Virus record (IMG/VR): IMGVR_UViG_3300021599_000885 | Source of the DNA: a virus | Strand: one strand, 5' to 3' | Length of the DNA stretch: 64,000 nt | Shown: positions 30,305 to 40,800 of the stretch, piece by piece | Layout: each line of letters starts with the position of its first letter | How positions within the stretch are numbered: the first letter of the stretch is position 1 | Made by a program: the position numbers and the translations under genes | Notes under the pieces: model-generated | What the model saw: only the letters and a program-made list of their open reading frames with translations | Told to the model about the DNA's origin: nothing | The model's database searches: none

Positions 30305-31852
30305 TTAGAATTCCAGGATAATTTTAACGTCTTCTTTTTGTCTAGAATTTCTGGAGATAGCGGGACGATTATCAAGATATACAATATCTCCCGACCCTTT
30401 ATTTATCTCAGGACTGGCAACTCCGTTCGTAAACTGAGTCCCAAGAGAGATAAGTTTTGTTCCAGATGGGTTTGTGCTAATACCAGTAAAACCAGTATCA
30501 ATTGAACCAGAAAAACCAGAAGTTGATGTTACAGCGTTTGCATTTGAAGCAAAATCATATAGTTTAGCATTTGTAGAAACACCGACATAATCTGTAGTAT
30601 CAAAGTATGTCTGATTCAAGAAAGAATTTCTATCTTGGAAATACTTAAGAACCTTTGTCTCCAAATCATACGATGCAACATACCCTTTAGCAGTACCACC
30701 AGTTACCGATTGACTAATCTTGTCTCCAACTGATACAGATCCAGTAGTGGATGTAAACTTAAGTGCTCCTAAGGATGAGAATTGATTTTCAGTGAATAAG
30801 TTAGTAGATCCAATGGAGGTTGGATTCTTTACAATTCCAATCTGAGCAAATGTTACGTCAGTTGGGAAATCTTTTGTTGAATCATCAAATCTAGCATAAA
30901 CAAGAACTTTATCAGCACCAAGTTCTCTGTAGATATCATATCCATGACCCTTTGAAGGTGGAATGATTGGAATCAGTTTAGCCTTGGTTGAAGAGTTTGA
31001 GTTAATAGATCCAAGATCAACCATACCATAGGTGTAATCTTTACCGCCAGAAGAAACAACAGTATTTGTTACTTTTCCGTTAGCATCAACATCTACAATA
31101 ACTTTCGCTCCACTACCATCACCCAAAATATTCAATTCGTGGGATCCTTGTGAATATCCAAGACCCTGAGTGTCGATATAAACTTTCTTTATCTGATTTT
31201 CATTTGTATCAGAATCTCCATTATTTCTTACTGCTGCAATTTGAGCGTTAGTTGAAGATGCCCAATCACTAGGTAAAGAAATATATTCTGTAGAGTCAAA
31301 TTTAATAATATCACTAGGGGAAACACTATACAGATATTTCCAAAGATATCCATCACCACTTACACCAGCTTTGGATGGTTCTAAATCTGTAAAGGTTGGT
31401 TCATCTAAAGAAGCATTCCCTGCAGTATTAATTCCTGAAGATCCATTATCAATACAAATATAAACCTTATACTCACTATTCATTACATAATAATTTGTAT
31501 CATAAAGTCTTGAAGACTTTGTAGTTGGTGAAAGGTTGGTCAAGCTATAATCATGACGATACATTTCATATTTTGTCCCCCTCGTCCAGTCAACTCTTCT
31601 AACAAGTCTTCTCACGTTGGAAGAAGTTACCTTCTTACCAAAAGACATGTTATCACCAACAAAATTCTGATAATCAAAATTATCAGTTGGATTGGGAGTG
31701 TTAGTATCCCAATCCGTTGTTCTACCGTATCCAACTACTGCTGGATTAGAAAGACCTACAAAAACATAATATGAGTTAGAAGAACTGGTGACGGAATCTA
31801 CAAAATTTCCCGCATTTAATATTCTAAACTGATCTGTTACAATTGCCGCCAT
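30305..31852 (-). CDS. g8: Baseplate wedge subunit gp8
   Basis: YYVMNSEYKVYICIDN, DGYLWKYLY, YLDNR...QKEDVKIILEF. Confidence 0.93.
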   Translation of the reverse strand: MAAIVTDQFRILNAGNFVDSVTSSSNSYYVFVGLSNPAVVGYGRTTDWDTNTPNPTDNFDYQNFVGDNMSFGKKVTSSNVRRLVRRVDWTRGTKYEMYRHDYSLTNLSPTTKSSRLYDTNYYVMNSEYKVYICIDNGSSGINTAGNASLDEPTFTDLEPSKAGVSGDGYLWKYLYSVSPSDIIKFDSTEYISLPSDWASSTNAQIAAVRNNGDSDTNENQIKKVYIDTQGLGYSQGSHELNILGDGSGAKVIVDVDANGKVTNTVVSSGGKDYTYGMVDLGSINSNSSTKAKLIPIIPPSKGHGYDIYRELGADKVLVYARFDDSTKDFPTDVTFAQIGIVKNPTSIGSTNLFTENQFSSLGALKFTSTTGSVSVGDKISQSVTGGTAKGYVASYDLETKVLKYFQDRNSFLNQTYFDTTDYVGVSTNAKLYDFASNANAVTSTSGFSGSIDTGFTGISTNPSGTKLISLGTQFTNGVASPEINKGSGDIVYLDNRPAISRNSRQKEDVKIILEF

Positions 31853-31879
31853 CGTAATAGCTTTTTTCTATATTTATAA

Positions 31880-34800
31880 CTATCCTAGATCCTTCCTCAG
31901 TGCTCCACCATCTCTTAAACCATATCCACGTCTTTGAATTGATGGGAATGTTGATAATCCAGAGTCAACTGTTAGACCTGTTACACCAATAGAAACTGGT
32001 GAAGATGCTCTAGTGAACCCAGAAAGTCTACCCCAAGAGAAGTGTCCGCGTGGGTCTGTAGCACTACCAGTTGTTGATAGACCAGTTATCGGTGTCGTAG
32101 ATAGAATATTGCAAGTAGCAACTCCAGTTGTAGCAGAAGAGTGGAAAGAGTTAATAATATAAATGTTATCTAAGAATGTTGTTCCAACACCTACTACAGA
32201 AGAATCTGATCCGTTGATAGAAGTAACACCATTTCCAATGCTAGTATTGAAAACATAGATTGGATATCCTTCCTGAAGACCAGTGAATGAAGAAGCATTC
32301 AATGTAAATTTGAGTGCTAATGGATTACCACCAGTTCCAACTGTAGTTCCAATTCCAGTAACTGTTCCTGCGAAACCAGCAACGGCATTGATACCAGTTA
32401 TGGTTTCGAATGAAATTGTTGGTGTTGAAGTTAGAACTTGTGGAGCAGCAGTGTGTGTATAACCAAAACCAGGATTTACAACTGTTATCGCAGTGATAGA
32501 ACCATTAGAAACGGTTGCTGTTGCGGTTGCAGTTGTTCCAACACCAACACCAACTGCCTTAGGAGCAGAAATTTTAACATCTGTGGAAGAACCAACGTAT
32601 CCAGAACCACCACTGGTAATCGTAAAGGAACTAATAGTTCCAGCAGCAGAAACAACCGCTGTTATTGCTGCAGCAACAGGATCTGTTGTTGTGTTAACAA
32701 TAATACCATTTACGCTAGCAATAGTGATAGCAGACTCATTTTCTTCATAGTTGAAGAATTGTGCGTCATCAACAAAAATCTCTGTACCAGAAGTTGAAAG
32801 ATCACCAATAATTTTTGCTGTTGGATAAACTTGTCCTTCAATAGAATCTCTGGACTTGTAGATAAGTTCCCCACCAAGGTTCTTATCAACCTTTTGCTTG
32901 GTCCAACTAAATGGTTTGTAGTTGGTATCATCAATTCCAAGACCACCGTAAATATTGGTCTCTACCTTATCTGAAGCATTTATGTTGTAAATTGTTCTTG
33001 GATCTTGAACTTCACTGGTTTTTGTCTTTTGTAGTTGAATAGAATCTCCAACTTTTATCGTTTCATTTACATTAACACTAATCGAATCAGTGTCCCTTGT
33101 TCCCATATAGAAGAATATATCAACCTTATCGTCTTCTTTTGGAGCAGTTGTAAATACGATTGAAGTACCACCTTCAAAGTTATAGTTAACATTTGGTTCT
33201 TGTAAGACTCCATCAATGTAGATTAGTAGTAGTGCTTCAAGATCAATCGCAGCAGAGTCAATATTGTTTGAATCAACTTCGAAACTTAGAAGCTCACCAT
33301 TATACTGAAGTGGGAATCTAGTTCTTATTCCATTTTGTAGACTTGCGATAGAGTCAATGTAATCTAACTCACCAAATTGCCATGCGGCAAAATTATCACT
33401 GAATACATCTAGAACTTCTAGTTCAAAATCATTGATTGGTGCTGCAAGATCTTTGGCGGTTACCAAACCAACTGGTTTGAACTTGTCGCCCTTTCTGAAT
33501 CCCCAACCAGGTCTTGTAATCTTAAAGTTCTTGATTTCAAACAAGGTAGAACCAATACCAACGTTGGTAACCGCAGCACCAACCTCAACATTAAGGAGTA
33601 GACCACTTCCAGTGTCTGTAGTAGCGCCAATACCAAGGCGAGAAACACCAACGATTGGTAGATTTTCATAATTTGGTTCTGGTATTTGAATAGTTGGATT
33701 GGAACTGTATCCACTACCACCATCAACTACAGTAAATGATAGAGTTCCACCAGCACCGACTGTTGCTGTAATACTAGCAGCAGTTCCAGTGTGACTTGAA
33801 TCTGTTACACCAATAGAAACCGTTCCTCTATATCCAGAACCTACAATATCAGTGGAACCAATACCAACAGACTGAATAACACCACCAGATACAACTGCAG
33901 TAACCGCTGCACCAACCAGAGGAGCAAAACCGAGACCTTGAGTTGATCCAAGAGAAACAATCAAACCACCTCTAGGAAGTAAGTTCTGGTTTACATCATA
34001 GTCGGAGATGAAACTTGCATTATTAACACCAGTAAACACAATACTAGAAATACCAGCGTTTTCAATGAAACTGTAGTTTCCTCCAGCATTATTGTTTGTT
34101 GTTGGCGTCTGGAACATATTATTAATAAACACCAAGCCACTACCAGTTTCAATACCAGTGGTGTTTGCTCCTCCAACAGTTAGTCTATAAGTAGCACCAA
34201 TTCCAGTGAACTGTCTTGTGATATTATCGTAGATTTGATTAGTAGAATAATCCTGACGGAGATAAACTCTTCCAGTAAATGATGACTTAGTATAAGGAAT
34301 ATTACTTTCATCTACCAGTTCTTGAGTGTTTCCTCTAGGAGCCTCAGTAAAGTGGATCTTACTTCTGGTCATATTATAAGAACCTTGATAGACCCTAACG
34401 GTTGTTCCATCAGTATGTGTTGTTGCTAAGGTTCCAACAAAACCTCTTTCACTCTTAATAACACTGAATGAACCAGTTCCGGTGATAGGACCAATAGTTG
34501 TAGTTCCGATACCAACGGCATCTACCTTGACAAATTCATCATCAATTTTCAGAACATCACCCGGAAGTATCGAAGAAATACCAGAAACTCCAAAATATGT
34601 TGCTCCAACAGAAATAGAACCACCATTATCAGAGAGAGTATGATTGATTGGAGTAAATGCGAGAGGAGATCTAGCAACACCATCAATAGTAATCAGTGAT
34701 TTCTCCAGTTTCTTACTCATCTCAAGAGTATGAGCATTTCCAGTTCCAGCGGAATTAAAGGTTACTGCTACTCCAGCGTTTGCATTGGATTTGCTTGTAG

Positions 34801-37800
34801 CGAGTTTGAATTGATTATTATTAATCTTGATAGCATAAACATCTACTGGAAGAATATTGGTATCGGACATAACCATAGCGGTATATGCTCCACCAACAAA
34901 TGATGATCTTGGTGTGTAGATTAGTCTTTCACCCGTGCTAAAGAAATGATCATTTAGTGTAAATACTCCAGTTCCAAGATTAACAACGGTTGATATTCCA
35001 GGATTGAACTGCTTTTCAAAAATTGGAACCCCATTGTGAGTAACATCAAAATCAAATCTATTTGTTCTATCTCCATTGATAGAATCAAACTGATTTGTAA
35101 CCAGTCTTTGGTTGATAGTACCATAAGAAAGTACAGCAGGAACATTATTCAAATCCTTCTCTGTTTGAATAATTTCACTGTAAGTTTGTACAGTGATATC
35201 ATCTGAGATATTAGAATCTGGATAGAACACCAGATTGAAGTCGTCACCAGAAATTTCTGATCCAAATGTACCAATTCCTGTTGTACTTTCAACTGAAAGA
35301 TATGGATATTGGACGGTAAATGTATCAATATTGTTATGTTCAAATACAATCTGGTGTAGTGCTGAAGTGCTTCCGTAAGAAACCTTAGCAGTTGTTTTTA
35401 CAGTAGTAACATCTAATCTAGAGTACGTTGAGACGGTTGAGATTCCAGTTCCAGAGAATACTGAGTAGTTGCTTTCTAATCTACCCTCTTTTACCAAATT
35501 ATCTGGTTGTCCAGATGCCTTGAAGATATAAGTTCCAATACCAGACGCAGTAGTACCAAAACCAACAACAGAAGATCTAACAAGAACCTCATTAGATTCT
35601 GTATTCTCAAACTTGAGCGAAAGAACACCAGAGTCTATACTAGAGATAAAAGTACCAATGAAGTTGTTTGATGCTCCAGATCCAGAAGAGTTGTCGAAGA
35701 AAAAGTCGGACTTATATGTATTGGTTCCATCATGATCGATAAACATATCAACAACCGCCTTGTTCTTCGTTACAGTATCTGTAAGTTCGACGATGGCGAA
35801 GAGAGATTCTGCAGTTCCAGTAGTTTTTTCATAAACAGTTGAGGTAGAACCTACACCAACTGTTACGTTTGAACCAATAAGATCTACAAAACCAATTGAC
35901 TGTGTGTTAATACCAGCAAGAGTTGTATTAAAATTAGTTTTAATAAACTTGATATCAAAATCAGATTCGTAAGGATCTACTGGAGTAAATCTTAGTTTTA
36001 CATTACCAAATGAATCCTTGATTGCTTGAAGATCTGCTAACTGACTTTCTGTATTATATACAGATGATTTTTCAACAGTAATTAGATCATCATCGGCAGT
36101 ATTCAATATAACAATTTCTGTAGATTGTCTATCTGCAGTATTAGGATTGATTATTTGAACAAAATATCTACTATATCCATCATTAGCAATGAAACTATCA
36201 ATGTCCTTGTAAAGAGTTGTGTTTGCATCTTCGGCATTGGAGAACTGACTATTGAAGTTATCGATTGTAAGAACTCTATTAGTTCTACATTCAATGTAGT
36301 CACTCAGTTTCTTATTCTGAAGTTTAACAAACTTTGACTTGTTCGATGATACATCAGTATCAATACCAAAATCAAAGAAGTTGATAGCATCAACTCTCAT
36401 TGTTGACCCGTCAGCATTAAGATTGATAATATCAACCAATGCTGTACTTGTTGATCCATTACTTGTTGCTGCAGAAACTCTTCCCGTACTTGTAATTCCA
36501 GTATCGGCAAAGTTCTTAAGACCTGAAGAGTGTAAGAGTCTATTTACTGGATCTATCCAGTCTTCATACTCAATTGGACTCTTAATGGTGTAAGATAGAT
36601 TCTGATAATAATCATTGTCTGGCAGAACTTGATAATCTTCGTTAAGTTTTCCAATATCATCTGACCAACCATAATCAGTATTCAGACCATAATTGACTTT
36701 AAATATTCCCTTATTTTCCTCAACAGAATCAATCGTTGCTACGGTTCCAGAATCTTTTCCAACAATTACCTCACCAACACTTAAAGTGTAAGTTCCGTAA
36801 ACCTTGATGGAATCATTTAGGTTATCGGTAATAATCAAGTCTCTTTCGGTATAGGTATTACCAGATTTTGTAAATACGGTTTCACCAATAATAAATGCTA
36901 ATGGTTCTTGTGTAACATCAAACGTTGGATAGTTATTCCTGTTCACCAGGAAAGCGAATGAATTTTGATCTGTATTCGCTACACCAGCATTTGTAGCATA
37001 TGGTGAAATATCATACTCAACCTCTGCTGGGTTGGTATTTCTATAAGCAGTTACCTCAAAGAAGTTGTAACTATAGTCTTCTGAGTTGAAACCAGTTCCA
37101 GTTGTAGATGCTAAAGATACGCCCTCAACAAAAACATAATCTCCTACACTAAATGGTGCTGTTGCTGTAGTGAATCCAGCAACTGGTGTAGATATAATAC
37201 AAGTAATAATTCCTGCTTGTGATGTGAATATGCTGTTAATACCAACACCATTACTATTATTAACAGAATAAATTTGGGATTTTAGCTCAGAAATTCCTCT
37301 TGGGGATTCAATAATCTCAACAGATGAAATTGCAGCACCTTGTACTTTTGCTATTACGAGACCAGTATCATATGCTCTTCCAGTCGCTGGGTTAACAATG
37401 ACTAGATCTGGTGCTGATGTATATCCAGAACCACCAGATGTAACATTAATATTGCTAATTTCATTTCTATTTACAACAGTGATATTTGGTGAAATGTAGA
37501 CCTCAGGATTGAGAGTCTTGTCTGCAGAAAAATCAAATCCAGGATCTTGAATTGTAATCTGATTGATTCTACCCAACTTTGTTGATGTTGGAATAATATC
37601 CGCATTATCTCCAATTGAAGAAGCAATACTTACAAATCTTGGAAGTTTCTTGTAATTTGCTCCACCAAAAGTAATCTTCATCGAATCAACACCACCAAGA
37701 GCTCTTGGTGAAGATGTGGAGTACTTAAGAACGCTTGTAGAAGATTGATTATAATCAAGATCTTCAGGAACACCTCTTAGTGAAATATCGAACGTGGTTG

Positions 37801-40800
37801 TACCTACACCAGAAACTGCATATGTTCCATTATATCTACTATCAACCAATAAGATTTCATTATAATTTTTAACGTCTGTATCAGCAGTGCTAATAAAACC
37901 AGACTTTTCTAACTGATAATAAATCTTTGATGGAAGATCTTTATGATAGTTAAGTGTGAAAGTTGCTGTGGTTGTAACACCAACAGTTCCAACACCAGAA
38001 GTACTGAATGTTGTAGATGAACCAATAGAAACTAACTCGTTCTTGAAATCACTATCATAGAATAGTTTAAGTTTGTAACCACTCAGAGATGTATCAGATA
38101 CATTGAATACTAGGTTGTTATCTCTAACAACTTCTAGTTGTGGATTTATTCTAGATAATTCTTGACTTGAACCACCAGTAGAAGCAAAACTTACAATAGA
38201 AGGTGGTGTAGAAACAGCATCATAAATTGTAGTAGTGAGGTTAATTGTGTCGTCATCAATTCTGTAGACGAAGTATGTTCCAGTCGATAATCCAGATACA
38301 ACCAGGTCAGAGGCATTATAGAAAACCTTATCACCAGTTTTTAGACCGTGTTTTGTTATGGTCAACTCTCCAGTTGACGTATTGACTGATGTTGAATTAA
38401 ATCCAATTGGATTAACTAGCAGTCTATCGTGTGTGGAATTGTACTTGACGTAAACTGATGCGGATGTCCCAACTCCAACAGACTGTTGAGAATTCAAACT
38501 CAACTTGATAGTATCACCATTGGTTAAGTTATGATCTGTAGAAACAGAAACTCTAGCCTTAATTTTTTCCGCTCTAGCGGTTACTTGAGTCTTATTGGAT
38601 GTGAAAGAATATCTATAGTCGTTGCTATCTCCATTTTCAATAAATGATCTGAAATATAAACCTTCAGTATTTGTTGTTAGACCAACTTGTGTGCACAGAC
38701 CGACAATATCATCAGATTTCTTGATTACATATAGAGTTTCCGAGTCTCCAGTTAATGGAATTCCAAATGCGGGACTAGTTTCCGTATTTGAAACATTGAT
38801 TCCATGTGTCCCATTAACTCTTTCAAATGTTACTTGTTGACCAGTTTTAAATGGGTGATCTGGTAGGTAGATACTTTGGACAGGAACAGAAACTGTTTTT
38901 GCCCTTCCGCCAACCAAATATGTGTTTGATGATGCTGAACCAGTAGTTGTACCAATACCTACAGATTGAATAGGGTTGAAGTATATCTTATCATTTACAC
39001 TAGAATCAAAGTATGAAGTCTTAACTGGTAAAGTAAATCTATTTGTTGATACAAATACGTCTGTGTGTGCTGTGTGAGCAGACCCTGTAACTCCTCTGAT
39101 TACCCTTATAACCTTATTTTCTGGATAAGTATTGAGAACAGACATTCTCTCTGTTCCAATAGCAACAGTTGTTCCAGCAGAGACTGTAGAAGGAATACTG
39201 ATAACAAAAATATCAGTAACAAAACCAACTGTTGAATTTGCTGCTACTTCGGCAACTAGTCTAGTTGTTTCTGAAGTAACTCCAATTTTATGGGTTTTTG
39301 TTAGTCCAGGAACGAAGGTAGATAGTCCAGAAATAACAATCTGGTCATTCTCTAAGAAAGTATGATATGGATCAACGTGAACGGATACTTGATTCGAATT
39401 ATCCCAAGTAAGAACGTTAGATTGATAAGTTTGAATTGTAGTATTTACATCAACAATTGATTTACCAGTTACGGATCCAACATATGCAGAGAGTCCTCCA
39501 CCATTAGTATCTGTACTATCAAATGATGCAATATCACCTACTCTGTAATTTGCTCCAGACTCATTGATTACAAATCCATCAACAGATCCCTTAGTAATAG
39601 AATCAATAACGGCACTTTGCATTAGAGTCTCATAAGACTCAGAGATAAAATCGTTATTGGCGTATTTGTCTCCGATCTTATATGGGAAAGTGTTTCTTGT
39701 TAGTTCTGAATTATTGAAATTATATCCTTGATCAATATTTTGTGTGATTGGGGTTGAACGATATGTATGACCTATAAAGTATGGAAACTTGCTATTCTTC
39801 CCATCACTAGTAATGCCAACGTGATATGCATAAACTCCATTGGGGAATTCTGGTGTCTTAGCATATCTTCCATTATGTTCATCAAGGTCTCCAGAAGAGG
39901 TGAACTTATAATCTTCGACAAAAAATCCTGCAGTGAATCCAATCGGTCTATCAACAATATCGGATGTAGATTCTTCGTATCCATTGCTCAGAATTTTGAT
40001 TCCAGAGTTAATATCTGAAGGATCGGCATAAGCATATGCACCATAAATTGGATTTCCATCATAAGCCCAACCAATAATTGGTGAATGTGATGTTCCATCA
40101 TCACCAAATTGGGAAGAACCAATGCTGGTTGTGTATCCAACTAATCCGTATCCAAGTTCTCCATTAGTTTCTAAAAGAATCTCATCACCAAAACGATAGT
40201 GATTATTCAAAGTTAATGCTCTTACAGAAGCTTCCACATTACCATTTCTACCTGCTGGAGTCACAGTAATTGAGGTGGTATTCTGAGAGTACCCTACTCC
40301 AGGATTAATAACAACAACGTTGGTGATCTTACCACCAGATACCATTGCTCTTAGTTTAGCACCGACACCATCACCAGATACTGTTAAATCTGGTGCCGAG
40401 GTATATTCACTACCACCACTAGTTACCTGAACAGAAACAATAGAACCACTAGAAATGAGTGGTTTCAGTTCAGCATCTTTACCATTCTTTATTTTAATAT
40501 CTGGTCTCTTGTGGAAGTTTAAAATAGTTGTACCATATCCAGTACCAGTCTCATACAGATATAAATCAACGATTTCACCCCTAATAATTGGAGTTGCAGT
40601 AATAACACCAGTTATACCATCATACTCGGTATTTACTGAGATTGTTATATCAGGATAAGCGAAGTTTTGGAAACCAGTTCCAACTCCTGTAATGGAAACT
40701 GGAAGTCTCTTAGTATAATCTGCGGTAATAGTTCCACCAACACCAGCATTTGCTAGTTTGAACGTGCTATCAGAAATCTTAAGAACTTTATATCTTAAAG